From Lachnospiraceae bacterium (lineage in GTDB: Bacteria > Bacillota > Clostridia > Lachnospirales > Lachnospiraceae), in the NCBI GenBank assembly GCA_022773965.1, contig JALFNQ010000198.1:1-62351 (forward strand): a DNA stretch of 62,351 nucleotides, given 5' to 3'. The translations under genes were made by a program, and so were the position numbers. Shown one piece after another: positions 39,939 to 49,380 of this stretch. The notes beneath the pieces are model-generated. The model searched no databases. It had not been told where the DNA came from and saw nothing but the letters and a program-made list of their open reading frames with translations. The stretch's first letter is position 1; each line of letters opens with the position of its first letter.

Positions 39939-40895
39939 ATGCTGGAAGAACAGATACTGAAATTATTTCCATTACATATGCGCGAAAAATTGAAAAAAGC
40001 AGATATCAGGCAGGATACGTTGGAGGAGATCCGCATCCGGGCGGGACAACCACTGATGTTCCTCTACGGTGACGGCGAATATTTTTTTGACGAGAGCAGT
40101 GATATGCTCTGTCGCCACTGTGAACATGGATATCGCATGACAAGACAGGATCTGGAAGAAATGGTGGGATTTCTGTGCAATTATTCCATGTATGCCTACG
40201 AGGAACAGCTTCGTATGGGTTATCTTACATTGCAGGGCGGGCACCGCGTGGGCGTGGCAGGTGAGGTGGCACTGCAGCAGGGAAGGATCGTGCGCCTGCA
40301 GCACATCTATTTTTTGAATATTCGTATTGCCAGGGAAAAAAAGGGATGTGCTAAGTCTCTGGTGGATGCGGTGCGTGACGCACATGGCATCTATAATACG
40401 CTGATACTCTCGCCGCCGGGCGTCGGAAAGACCACTTATCTGCGGGATGCCATCCGCATTTTGTCAGAGGGGGATGAAAACCATGCCGGGCTGAAGGTAG
40501 GTGTGGTGGACGAGCGTTCAGAGCTGGGCGCCGGCTATCTTGGAATTCCGCAAAATGATCTTGGACCCCGCACAGATGTGCTGGAAGGAGCCGGAAAGAG
40601 TGAGGGAATTTATATGCTGCTGCGATCCATGTCTCCCCAGGTGATTGCCGTAGACGAGCTGGGAGCAAAGGATGATTTTGAGGCAGTGACCCGGGCGTTT
40701 CACAGTGGCTGTCGTCTGATTGGAACGATACATGGAGAGAGCATTGAGAGTTTGCAACGCATCTGCGGTTTTTTCAGCTGGAGCGGAAAAGGTGAGATTG
40801 GACGATTTATTGTGTTGGAGAAACATACAGACGGACACCGGGAAATGCAGGTGTATAACAGCCGGATGGAGCAGGTTGGAGGAGCACTGCTATGA
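39939..40895 (+). CDS. spoIIIAA: Stage III sporulation protein AA (ATPase)
   Basis: EEIRIR, G..TL.GGHRVG, SPPG.GKTT.LRD, VDERSE, RSMSP.VI.VDE. Confidence 0.95.
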   Translation: MLEEQILKLFPLHMREKLKKADIRQDTLEEIRIRAGQPLMFLYGDGEYFFDESSDMLCRHCEHGYRMTRQDLEEMVGFLCNYSMYAYEEQLRMGYLTLQGGHRVGVAGEVALQQGRIVRLQHIYFLNIRIAREKKGCAKSLVDAVRDAHGIYNTLILSPPGVGKTTYLRDAIRILSEGDENHAGLKVGVVDERSELGAGYLGIPQNDLGPRTDVLEGAGKSEGIYMLLRSMSPQVIAVDELGAKDDFEAVTRAFHSGCRLIGTIHGESIESLQRICGFFSWSGKGEIGRFIVLEKHTDGHREMQVYNSRMEQVGGALL

Positions 40896-41413
40896 GATTT
40901 AAACTGATCGGAGCCGGAATGATCCTGTTGGCATCGGCTGGCATTATTTTTTCTAAGGAGGCGGAATTTTCGGAACACAAACGACAGCTGGAGGAATTTG
41001 GACTTTTGTTGTCATTGCTTCAAAATGAGATCTGCCTTCTGCGCCTGCCATTGCCCCTTGTACTTGAACATTGCAGGATGCATTTGCATCCGCCTTACCG
41101 GAGGCTTTGTGAGACAGTCCGTGAAAAACTCCTGGAACAGAGCCGGGGGGATGCGCCGGGAATCTGGCGGGCACAGGTGGAAGAAAATAGAAGGACTTTT
41201 TTATTGGATGATGCAGAATGCCGGCTCTTGGCAGAGGCAGGAGAGGTACTTCGCATGGATAATGTGGAGTTTAAGGAGGAACTGTTTGGTGTCTATCAGG
41301 AGCGGCTTAACAGGCTGCGGGAAACTTACGAGACAAATATTGTGCAGCGCAGACGTCTGTGCCGCTATGGAACGGTGCTGGCAGGAATTTTTCTGATTAT
41401 TTTTTTCATTTGA
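40892..41413 (+). CDS. spoIIIAB: Stage III sporulation protein AB
   Basis: Operon position, length, N- and C-terminal TM segments, L.NEI.....PL. Confidence 0.85.
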   Translation: MRFKLIGAGMILLASAGIIFSKEAEFSEHKRQLEEFGLLLSLLQNEICLLRLPLPLVLEHCRMHLHPPYRRLCETVREKLLEQSRGDAPGIWRAQVEENRRTFLLDDAECRLLAEAGEVLRMDNVEFKEELFGVYQERLNRLRETYETNIVQRRRLCRYGTVLAGIFLIIFFI

Positions 41414-41439
41414 CAACGTTCATACACGATTGAAATGTA

Positions 41440-41454
41440 GTAACTATTCAGGAC
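41440..41454 (+). repeat. Left-end remnant of the type E repeat
   Basis: GTAACTATTCAGGAC, 14/15 identical to 60041-60055. Confidence 0.55.
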
Positions 41455-41490
41455 TGGAACAGTGATGTTCCTTTTATCCGGGAGAAAGAT

Positions 41491-41685
41491 ATGAGTGTAA
41501 ACATGATTTTTAAGATTGCAGCGGTGGGTATCCTTGTCACGATTCTCGGACAGGTTTTAAAGCACAGCGGACGTGAGGAGCATGCGTTTTTAATCAGTCT
41601 GGCAGGACTTGTGCTGGTACTGCTGTGGGTGGTGCCATATATCTATGAATTATTTGCAACGATGCAGACGTTATTCGAACTCTAG
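41491..41685 (+). CDS. spoIIIAC: Stage III sporulation protein AC
   Basis: IFKIAAVGILV....QVLK.SGREE.A. Confidence 0.95.
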   Translation: MSVNMIFKIAAVGILVTILGQVLKHSGREEHAFLISLAGLVLVLLWVVPYIYELFATMQTLFEL

Positions 41686-41805
41686 TGCACATTGATCATC
41701 AGACAAAACATGTCAGTACACCGGTAGCTGATCGTCAGTAGATACTTGCGCTTACGGTATGCGTTGTAGTGTGGGTGAACAGTTGTGCGGTGAGAGGTAT
41801 TGCAG

Positions 41806-42192
41806 ATGAATATGGTACAGCTATCCCTGTTTGCAGTGGCGGGCGTGCTGCTGGCAATGGTATTGAAAAAGGAACGCCCGGAATATGGAATCGTGATCAG
41901 TATGGTTGTGTGTGTCTGCATTTTTTTCAGTGTAGTTGGCAGACTATCGATCCTGCTGGACTCGGTAAACAGGCTGCGGGAACTGGCAACGATGGACGCC
42001 GGTTATTTTCGGACGATCCTGAAAATGATCGGAATTACCTATGTGGCAGAATTCGCGGTCAATCTTTGCAAGGACGCGGGTTATTCGACGATTGCCGCGC
42101 AGATTGAAATGTTTTCAAAAATATCGATCCTGCTTTTGGCGCTGCCTGTGATCGAAGCGTTTTTGGATCTGATCGCAACGGTGACAGCATGA
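41806..42192 (+). CDS. spoIIIAD: Stage III sporulation protein AD
   Basis: LK.IGI.Y.AEF...LCKDAG...IA..IE...K. Confidence 0.93.
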   Translation: MNMVQLSLFAVAGVLLAMVLKKERPEYGIVISMVVCVCIFFSVVGRLSILLDSVNRLRELATMDAGYFRTILKMIGITYVAEFAVNLCKDAGYSTIAAQIEMFSKISILLLALPVIEAFLDLIATVTA

Positions 42193-43448
42193 TGGGGCGG
42201 AGAAAATGGCTGTGTGTGTGTCTGATGCTCGGCTTGTATCTGTTGTTTTCAGGAACAGCGCTGGAAGCTTATGCAAAGGAGCATGTCTCCACGCAGATTT
42301 TTGGGAAATCACCGATGCTGGCAGAGATGATGACAACAGCACAACAGACACAGGAAAATGAGTCAACAGACAGCATTACAGATCAGATGACAGACGAACT
42401 TCTGAAGGAATTGAACTTAGATGAAATGGAGCATTTTCTCAGTGAACAGCAGCAGGGGGATGACCTGAATATCAGTTTTGGTGAGCTGCTTCAAAGATTT
42501 CTGTCCGGTGAGGAATCATTTGATTTTTCAGTGGTATGGTCGTGGGTGACGGATCATTGCTTTTCGGTTGTCCGCCAAAATAAAACTTACCTGGCCCAGA
42601 TGCTCGTTCTGCTTTTGGCATTTGCCATGCTTCAGGGGATTTCCGGGATTTTTGCGGACTCTTTTTTGTCGGACATCAGCTTTTTGGCAGTGTATTTTTT
42701 GTTTTTATACAATGCATTGCGGATCTTTTCATCCATGCAGCAGACCGTCTACAGCTGTATGGATCGCATTGGGGAGTTTACGCTGCTGGTTCAGCCGGTT
42801 TTTTGTATGGCGATGATCTTTTCTGCGGGCATACGTTCCGCTGGTCTGACCTATGAGATGCTGTTACTCGTGCTGTATCTGGTGCAGAATCTGTTGCAAA
42901 AGCTGCTGCTTCCTCTGGTATTTGTCTTTCTGGTCACACAGTTTGCCAATTTTGCGTGGAAGGAGGATCATTTTTCCAGTCTGGCAAAGCTTTTGGAGGG
43001 AGGAATCATCTTTGTACAAAAAGCGCTTGTGACATTTGTTCTGGGAATGAATCTGGTGCAGGGGATGGTAGCGCCTGCCGTAGATCAGCTGAAAAAGACA
43101 GCTACGATCCGGACGATCGGCGTGATTCCCGGGTTGGGCGGGGCGATGAATACAGTGAGTGAAATGTTGCTTGGAACAGGTATTCTGATCAAAAATTGTG
43201 TCGGCGTCACAGTGATCATTCTCCTGATCCTGCTATGTGCAAAACCGCTGCTTGAGATCGGTGTTTTGGCGCTCATTTACCGGGTACTGGCTGCCGTTGT
43301 AGAACCGGTGACGGATAAGCGGATCAGCGGTGTGCTGGATGCGCTGGCCCGGACGGGGATGCTCTATCTCAAACTGGTGATGACTGCGATCCTGATGCTG
43401 TTTCTCTCGGTGGCGATTCTATGTGTGGCGACTGGGGCCGCAGCCTGA
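42189..43448 (+). CDS. spoIIIAE: Stage III sporulation protein AE
   Basis: Multi-TM; IPG.G, IKN..G, AA..EP..DKRI. Confidence 0.92.
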   Translation: MMGRRKWLCVCLMLGLYLLFSGTALEAYAKEHVSTQIFGKSPMLAEMMTTAQQTQENESTDSITDQMTDELLKELNLDEMEHFLSEQQQGDDLNISFGELLQRFLSGEESFDFSVVWSWVTDHCFSVVRQNKTYLAQMLVLLLAFAMLQGISGIFADSFLSDISFLAVYFLFLYNALRIFSSMQQTVYSCMDRIGEFTLLVQPVFCMAMIFSAGIRSAGLTYEMLLLVLYLVQNLLQKLLLPLVFVFLVTQFANFAWKEDHFSSLAKLLEGGIIFVQKALVTFVLGMNLVQGMVAPAVDQLKKTATIRTIGVIPGLGGAMNTVSEMLLGTGILIKNCVGVTVIILLILLCAKPLLEIGVLALIYRVLAAVVEPVTDKRISGVLDALARTGMLYLKLVMTAILMLFLSVAILCVATGAAA

Positions 43449-43510
43449 CAGCCGGCATATGCATGGGCATGACAATAGGGAAACGTTAAAAAACTTTGGG
43501 AGAGACAAGT

Positions 43511-43996
43511 ATGCAGACTTTCATTAACTGGATCCGCTCGATCCTGATCCTGTATTTTCTGATGATGATCATCATTTACTTTACAGCAGGGGAATCCTAT
43601 AAAAAATATATTCGTTTTTTTATGGGTCTGGTACTGGCACTGACGCTTTTGCGGCCCGTGCTGACACTGTTTGGCAAGGAAGATGCATTATGGGATGGGA
43701 TCGCTTACGAATCCTTTCGGCAGACCATGGAGGAGGCGCAGCTTGATTTTGGGCATATGGAACAGGTGGAAAATGAAGTTTACCGCAGGCAGTATGAGCG
43801 GGCGCTGGAGGAACAGCTTTTAGAGGTGGCAAAGGAAAAATTGCTGGATATTGAAGCAGTTACCGTTTCGCTGAATGCGGAATTTGAACCGGAGCAGGTG
43901 ATCATTCGGGAGGGATTGTACGGTGATGGCGAAAAGCTGCGAAGTTATCTGATCGATGTGTATGGTCTTGGGGAAGGGCAGGTGCTTGTACAATGA
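43511..43996 (+). CDS. spoIIIAF: Stage III sporulation protein AF
   Basis: WIR...YKKYIRFF.GL.L....L.P; operon position. Confidence 0.88.
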   Translation: MQTFINWIRSILILYFLMMIIIYFTAGESYKKYIRFFMGLVLALTLLRPVLTLFGKEDALWDGIAYESFRQTMEEAQLDFGHMEQVENEVYRRQYERALEEQLLEVAKEKLLDIEAVTVSLNAEFEPEQVIIREGLYGDGEKLRSYLIDVYGLGEGQVLVQ

Positions 43997-44580
43997 AATG
44001 GGATTGGAAAAAACTAAATTTAAAGGATAAAAACACATGGCTGGTTCTGGGACTTTTCGGTGTGCTTCTTCTTGTAATTGCCATGCCCACTGACACACTG
44101 GAAAAACAGAAGGTCGATCTATCGCAGCTGCAGATTGCTTCAGAGGAAACAGAAGCGGCTTCCCAGCAGGAGCGAACAGATGATACGGTGGAAGCGCTGG
44201 AAGGGCGGTTAGAGGAAACGCTTTCTCTGATAGATGGAGCCGGCAAGGTGCGTGTGATGATCACGTTAAAGGATACCGGTGAAAAGGTGGTAGAAAAAGA
44301 TGTATCGCGGCGGACGGATGCAGACGCCGGCGGCACACAGAATACAGATCAGAACCAGAGCAGCATATACGAAAAGGATGGAAGCAAAGAGACACCTTAT
44401 GTATCCAATGAACTGACGCCACAGGTAGAAGGCGTTCTGGTGGTGGCACAGGGCGCCGGAAACTCCATCGTAAAACAGAATATTTTGCAGAGTGTCATGG
44501 CATTATTTCCGCTGGAAGCGCATAAGATTACAATAGTCAAAATGTCGATGCAGGAGGTTAGCGACCATGAAAATTTTTAA
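43993..44580 (+). CDS. spoIIIAG: Stage III sporulation protein AG
   Basis: LE..L...L..I.GAG.V.VMITL, P.VEGVLVVA.GA, HKI.I.KM. Confidence 0.93.
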   Translation: MKWDWKKLNLKDKNTWLVLGLFGVLLLVIAMPTDTLEKQKVDLSQLQIASEETEAASQQERTDDTVEALEGRLEETLSLIDGAGKVRVMITLKDTGEKVVEKDVSRRTDADAGGTQNTDQNQSSIYEKDGSKETPYVSNELTPQVEGVLVVAQGAGNSIVKQNILQSVMALFPLEAHKITIVKMSMQEVSDHENF

Positions 44581-45244
44581 GAAAAACCAGATAATCATTA
44601 CGGCGTTAGCATTAATGATTGCTGCGGCAGGTTACGTGAGCTATACATATGGAAATGAGGAAGATCTGGCAGCGGCCACAAGTCAGGAGATCACAGAGGA
44701 TACATATGAGATTTCGGAGGAGGATGCACTGTTAGAGGATGACATTTTTACAGACACGGAGGATCCTGCACTTGACACCGCACAGGTAACAGACGCGTCC
44801 GGAGAAGAGGCGGACACGGCTGATGCCACGGAGACCAGTTTGGAAAATCCGGGTGAGACTGTATTGACAGGCACAGTTGTGGAAAATGTGAATTTTGCAG
44901 TAGAAATGAAAATGAATCGTGAACAGGTGCGCTCGGAGAATAAGGAGAGTCTGCAGGCGATCATAGACAGCGAGACACTGTCTGATGCGCAGAAGCAGGA
45001 CGCGGTCGACAAAATGGTTGCATTGACCAATATCGCGGAAAAAGAGGCGGCTGCGGAAATGCTCCTGGAGGCAAAAGGCTTTACAGATGTAGTTGTCAGC
45101 ATCAGCTCTGACGGGGGCGCAGATGTTGTGTTGGATATGGGCGAGGTGACAGATGCAAAGCGCGCGCAGGTGGAGGACATTGTATCCCGCAAGGCAGATA
45201 TTGCGGCAGAAAAGATCGTGATCACACCGATCTCGGCAAAATGA
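44567..45244 (+). CDS. spoIIIAH: Stage III sporulation protein AH
   Basis: KKNQ.II..L..MI..AGY, REQ.RS, E.LL.AKGF.D.VV. Confidence 0.92.
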   Translation: MKIFKKNQIIITALALMIAAAGYVSYTYGNEEDLAAATSQEITEDTYEISEEDALLEDDIFTDTEDPALDTAQVTDASGEEADTADATETSLENPGETVLTGTVVENVNFAVEMKMNREQVRSENKESLQAIIDSETLSDAQKQDAVDKMVALTNIAEKEAAAEMLLEAKGFTDVVVSISSDGGADVVLDMGEVTDAKRAQVEDIVSRKADIAAEKIVITPISAK

Positions 45245-45246
45245 TA

Positions 45247-45327
45247 ATTACTTTTTACACAATAGCCAGCTATACTGAGGCTATATGCAAAAAAAGCAAG
45301 AGTCGTGAATTTGGTAGAATTTGCATG
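45247..45327 (+). repeat. Structured repeat, type A, degenerate 5' portion
   Basis: ATTACTTTTTACACAATAGCCAGC...GGCTA...TGAATTTGG..A.TTTGCATG aligns with 30036-30119. Confidence 0.7.
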
Positions 45328-45427
45328 GAAAATAGCGGAAAACTGCTTGTTATTGGGCAGCGCATGTGCTAGAATCAAGGCATCTAAAGGGATAATGATA
45401 CTTTTTTTATACAGGAGGATGAGGAGT

Positions 45428-45727
45428 ATGTATGAGAGACCGAACATGCAGGCGGTAACAGAGCTGGCAGAGGGGGTGTTTATGGCGAGCGGAGCACAGG
45501 CAGATGAGGGAAAGCGTAAGTGCAGTCATGGACGCGATGAATTTAACAAGGGAAGTGATAAATGTCAATGCTGTTCTGCCACAGGTGGAAAATATGATGA
45601 CGAGGATCAGATTCCGGTATGGGAAGCAAAAAGCATGGGTTACAAGACTGATGCAAGCGGAAAGGTGCAGAGTTTTGGCCCGACAGATGCTACAGTCTGC
45701 CCGGAGAACATGCCAATAAAAGGCTAA
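45428..45727 (+). CDS. Hypothetical 99-aa Cys-rich protein with a YERP...AEGVFMASG leader-like N-terminus
   Basis: AGGAGG 9 nt upstream of ATG 45428; own terminator downstream; 5 Cys after the ASG motif. Confidence 0.75.
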   Translation: MYERPNMQAVTELAEGVFMASGAQADEGKRKCSHGRDEFNKGSDKCQCCSATGGKYDDEDQIPVWEAKSMGYKTDASGKVQSFGPTDATVCPENMPIKG

Positions 45728-45760
45728 TAATTTTTTGTTGATGATTTATGTGCAGTTGAG

Positions 45761-45796
45761 GAAGGCGCATTCCTTTTGGAATGATGCCTTCTTTTT
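45761..45796 (+). terminator. Intrinsic terminator after the 99-aa gene
   Basis: GAAGGCGCATTCC-TTTT-GGAATGATGCCTTC plus T tract. Confidence 0.75.
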
Positions 45797-45827
45797 GCTG
45801 CATAAAATTTGTGGCATGAAGAATGAT

Positions 45828-45970
45828 GATACAATTTACACGCCAGCCAGCTGACCTGTGAATTGCAACGACTTTGATGATGCTTGCATGCAAAATCGCC
45901 AACTTTATGGCCCATGCATGTTTTTGGTACGTAGCCCGCAGTAAATGCTGGCTACTGTGTGAACAGTAAC
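45828..45970 (-). repeat. Structured repeat, type A, full-length inverted copy
   Basis: Reverse complement aligns end-to-end with 30036-30179, with scattered substitutions. Confidence 0.92.
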
Positions 45971-46088
45971 GAATGATAACGTCTAAGCAGGCAACTGCGG
46001 AACAATCCCTTGACAAAAGAGGAGCCGACCGATAATATAAATGGGGTATATAAGAAGAAAATGAGTAATTAATTTGGAGGATTATTCC

Positions 46089-47681
46089 GTGGCAGACTTG
46101 AAGAAGGAAATCGAAAAAAGACGCACATTTGCCATTATTTCCCATCCGGATGCGGGAAAGACGACATTGACGGAAAAGTTTTTATTATATGGAGGAGCGA
46201 TCAACGAGGCGGGCTCCGTGAAAGGAAAAGCTACAGCAAGACATGCAGTGTCTGACTGGATGGAGATCGAGAAGCAGAGAGGTATTTCCGTTACCTCATC
46301 CGTGCTGCAGTTTCACTATGACAATTACTGTATCAATATTTTGGATACACCGGGACATCAGGATTTCTCTGAGGATACCTATCGTACTTTGATGGCGGCT
46401 GATTCCGCAGTCATGGTCATTGACGGTTCCAAGGGTGTGGAGGCACAGACCAGAAAGCTGTTCAAGGTGTGTGTGATGCGCCACATTCCAATCTTTACGT
46501 TTATCAACAAGATGGATCGCGATGCCAACGATACCTTTGAGCTTTTGGATGAGATCGAAAACGAGTTGGGTATTGCGACTTGTCCCATCAACTGGCCAAT
46601 TGGTTCCGGAAAGGGCTTTAAGGGCGTATACGATCGCAATACAAAGAGCGTACGGCTTTTTTCCGATACGCGAAAGGGAACGAAAGAGGGCGAAGAAAAG
46701 ATCGTTCCCATCGATGATCCTGAATTGGAATCTTTGATCGGGGCAGAATATAAGGAGCAGCTGCTAGAGGAGATCGAGCTTTTAGACGGTGCCAGTGCAG
46801 AGTTTGATCAGGAGCTGGTCACAAAGGGTGAGCTTTCACCGGTATTTTTCGGTTCTGCACTGACGAATTTTGGCGTGGAAACATTTTTGCAGCACTTTTT
46901 ACAAATGACGTATTCACCGTTGCCGAGACAGTCGAATATCGGACAGATCGATCCGTTTTCTGAGGATTTCAGTGGATTTATTTTTAAGATCCAGGCAAAT
47001 ATGAATAAAAATCACCGTGACCGTGTGGCTTTCATGCGTATTGTTTCCGGCAAGTTTGATGCGGGCATGGAGGTGTATCATGTGCAGGGCGGTAAACAGA
47101 TCAAGCTCTCCCAGCCCCAGCAGATGATGGCGCAGGAGCGCAAGATCGTGGATGAGGCTTTTGCCGGAGATATTATTGGATTGTTTGATCCGGGTATTTT
47201 TTCGATTGGAGATACGCTGACGACTGCAAAGGATAAATTTGAATTTGAGGGCATTCCCACCTTTGCACCGGAGCATTTTGCAAGAGTTCGTCTCATTGAT
47301 TCCATGAAGCGTAAGCAGTTTGTAAAGGGTGTGAACCAGATCGCGCAGGAGGGTGCCATCCAGATCTTTCAGGAGTACAAGGGCGGCATGGAGGAGATTA
47401 TCGTCGGCGTTGTCGGTGTTCTGCAGTTTGACGTGTTGAAATTCCGGCTGGAAAATGAGTACAATGTGGATATCCGTCTGGAGAATTTGCCCTATGAGCA
47501 CATTCGTTGGATTGAAAATAAAGAGGAGATTGACATGGACAGGCTGACCGGAACCTCAGACATGAAGAAGATCATGGATCTGAAGGGCAATCCGTTACTT
47601 TTGTTTGTCAATGCATGGAGTATGGGTATGACGCTGGATCGCAACGAGGGCCTAAAGCTCTCCGAGTTCGGACGCAACTAA
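46089..47681 (+). CDS. prfC: Peptide chain release factor 3
   Basis: RRTFAIISHPDAGKTTLTEK, SDWM.IE..RGIS, DTPGH.DFSEDTYR; GTG 46089 after GGAGG. Confidence 0.97.
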   Translation: MADLKKEIEKRRTFAIISHPDAGKTTLTEKFLLYGGAINEAGSVKGKATARHAVSDWMEIEKQRGISVTSSVLQFHYDNYCINILDTPGHQDFSEDTYRTLMAADSAVMVIDGSKGVEAQTRKLFKVCVMRHIPIFTFINKMDRDANDTFELLDEIENELGIATCPINWPIGSGKGFKGVYDRNTKSVRLFSDTRKGTKEGEEKIVPIDDPELESLIGAEYKEQLLEEIELLDGASAEFDQELVTKGELSPVFFGSALTNFGVETFLQHFLQMTYSPLPRQSNIGQIDPFSEDFSGFIFKIQANMNKNHRDRVAFMRIVSGKFDAGMEVYHVQGGKQIKLSQPQQMMAQERKIVDEAFAGDIIGLFDPGIFSIGDTLTTAKDKFEFEGIPTFAPEHFARVRLIDSMKRKQFVKGVNQIAQEGAIQIFQEYKGGMEEIIVGVVGVLQFDVLKFRLENEYNVDIRLENLPYEHIRWIENKEEIDMDRLTGTSDMKKIMDLKGNPLLLFVNAWSMGMTLDRNEGLKLSEFGRN

Positions 47682-47723
47682 AATGTTTGTGGAAAAATTT
47701 TGTATGAAAAAGGAGGTATTTCT

Positions 47724-48071
47724 ATGGCAGTGATTCAGGTAACAGAGGACAATTTTGATGAGGTGGTCATGAAGAGCAAGAAGCCTGTTCTGCTTGATTT
47801 TTATGCAGACTGGTGCGGACCCTGCAAGATGATGAGTCCCATTGTGGAGCAGATCGCAGAGAAATATGCGGATGCATATGTGGTCGGAAAGGTCAATGTG
47901 GATGAGCAGCCGGGACTTGCGCTGCGCTATCAGGTGATGAGCATTCCGATGCTGGTAACGATGAATCTTGGTATGTTCGCTGGAAAGAGCATCGGTGTTG
48001 TCAGCGAGGCGGAGGTACTTGATCTATTATATAAAGCGTCACAGCTTCGTGACCAGAGAGTAGAGTCTTGA
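47724..48071 (+). CDS. trxA: Thioredoxin
   Basis: DFYADWCGPCK; ATG 47724 after AGGAGG. Confidence 0.9.
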   Translation: MAVIQVTEDNFDEVVMKSKKPVLLDFYADWCGPCKMMSPIVEQIAEKYADAYVVGKVNVDEQPGLALRYQVMSIPMLVTMNLGMFAGKSIGVVSEAEVLDLLYKASQLRDQRVES

Positions 48072-48093
48072 CGCAGCGGTTGTAAAAAGCTAT

Positions 48094-48130
48094 AATAAGA
48101 ACACCCTTATGGGTGTTCTTATTTTCTTTT
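48094..48130 (+). terminator. Intrinsic terminator after thioredoxin
   Basis: AATAAGAACACCC-TTAT-GGGTGTTCTTATT plus T tract. Confidence 0.8.
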
Positions 48131-48142
48131 TTAAAATCCCTG

Positions 48143-48210
48143 TTGACATTTAGGCGCATGTGTATTACTATAATTACAGACACGAACAAGTGTTCACGAA
48201 CATTTGAGCG
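48143..48210 (+). promoter_or_regulatory. recA promoter with LexA (SOS/Cheo) box
   Basis: TTGACA-17 nt-TACTAT; GAAC-AAGT-GTTC at 48184-48195 and a degenerate second site GAAC-ATTT-GAGC. Confidence 0.85.
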
Positions 48211-48327
48211 AGATAAGGCAAAACAGATATGATGGAATCTGCAATATGAGATGAATGATATGGGTGAATGAGATCAGGCAGATCAGGCAGATCAGATAGA
48301 AGAATTAGATAGAAAAAGGAGAAGACC

Positions 48328-49374
48328 ATGGCAGATGAGAATAAATTAAAGGCATTAGATGCAGCAATCGCGCAGATTGAGAAGCAGTATGGAAAGGGCT
48401 CTGTGATGAAGCTGGGAGACCCTTCAGCGGCGATGAATGTGGAGACTGTTCCTACCGGTTCCCTGAGTCTGGACCTGGCACTGGGACTTGGAGGACTTCC
48501 AAAGGGTCGTATTATCGAGATCTATGGACCAGAGTCCAGCGGTAAGACGACCGTGGCACTGCACTGTGTGGCAGAGGTGCAGAAAGCAGGCGGCATAGCA
48601 GGCTTTATTGACGCAGAGCATGCCTTAGATCCGGTGTATGCAAAAAATATAGGTGTAGATATTGATAATCTTTATATTTCACAGCCGGATAATGGAGAAC
48701 AGGCATTGGAGATTACAGAGACGATGGTGCGTAGTGGGGCAGTCGATATCGTGATCGTGGATTCAGTGGCGGCACTTGTGCCCAAGGCAGAGATCGATGG
48801 TGATATGGGTGATTCCCATGTGGGCTTACAGGCACGTCTGATGTCACAGGCACTGCGTAAGCTGACAGCGGTGATCAGCAAGTCGAATTGTATTGTTATT
48901 TTTATTAACCAGCTGCGTGAGAAGGTCGGTGTCATGTTTGGTAATCCGGAGACAACGACGGGTGGCCGTGCATTGAAGTTTTACTCTTCTGTGAGACTGG
49001 ATGTGCGCCGTGTGGAGGCACTGAAGCAGGCTGGCGAAGTAGTTGGAAATCATACACGTGTAAAGGTGGTGAAAAATAAAGTAGCTCCGCCCTTCAGGGA
49101 GGCAGAGTTTGATATTATGTTTGGCAAGGGTATTTCTAAGGAAGGAGATATTCTGGATCTTGCAGCTGGTATTGACGTAGTTAATAAGTCCGGTGCGTGG
49201 TATGCCTATGAGGGAGAAAAAATCGGACAGGGACGTGAGAATGCAAAGCAGTTTCTGGCTGACCATCCGGAGATCTGCGCAGAAATTGAAGCAAAAGTGC
49301 GCAGTCATTATGGGATTGGCGAGGCAGCAGCTGCGGAGCAGGCGGGCAGTGTGAGCACTGATGCTGAGGAATAA
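48328..49374 (+). CDS. recA: Recombinase RecA
   Basis: [39 protein letters not shown]. Confidence 0.99.
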   Translation: MADENKLKALDAAIAQIEKQYGKGSVMKLGDPSAAMNVETVPTGSLSLDLALGLGGLPKGRIIEIYGPESSGKTTVALHCVAEVQKAGGIAGFIDAEHALDPVYAKNIGVDIDNLYISQPDNGEQALEITETMVRSGAVDIVIVDSVAALVPKAEIDGDMGDSHVGLQARLMSQALRKLTAVISKSNCIVIFINQLREKVGVMFGNPETTTGGRALKFYSSVRLDVRRVEALKQAGEVVGNHTRVKVVKNKVAPPFREAEFDIMFGKGISKEGDILDLAAGIDVVNKSGAWYAYEGEKIGQGRENAKQFLADHPEICAEIEAKVRSHYGIGEAAAAEQAGSVSTDAEE

Positions 49375-49380
49375 TCCAAT

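Noticed and set aside
45305-45427. Longer 140-aa version of the Cys-rich ORF
   Set aside because: The GTG start lies within the degenerate repeat without an RBS; AGGAGG supports ATG 45428
44683-45447. 254-aa minus-strand ORF and other long antisense ORFs (e.g. 12613-13329, 28046-28729, 60193-60981)
   Set aside because: Shadow frames of well-supported plus-strand genes, with no recognisable motifs
48270-48300. AGATCAGGC tandem repeat in the recA leader
   Set aside because: Only about 2.5 units in low-complexity purine-rich DNA; no evident function
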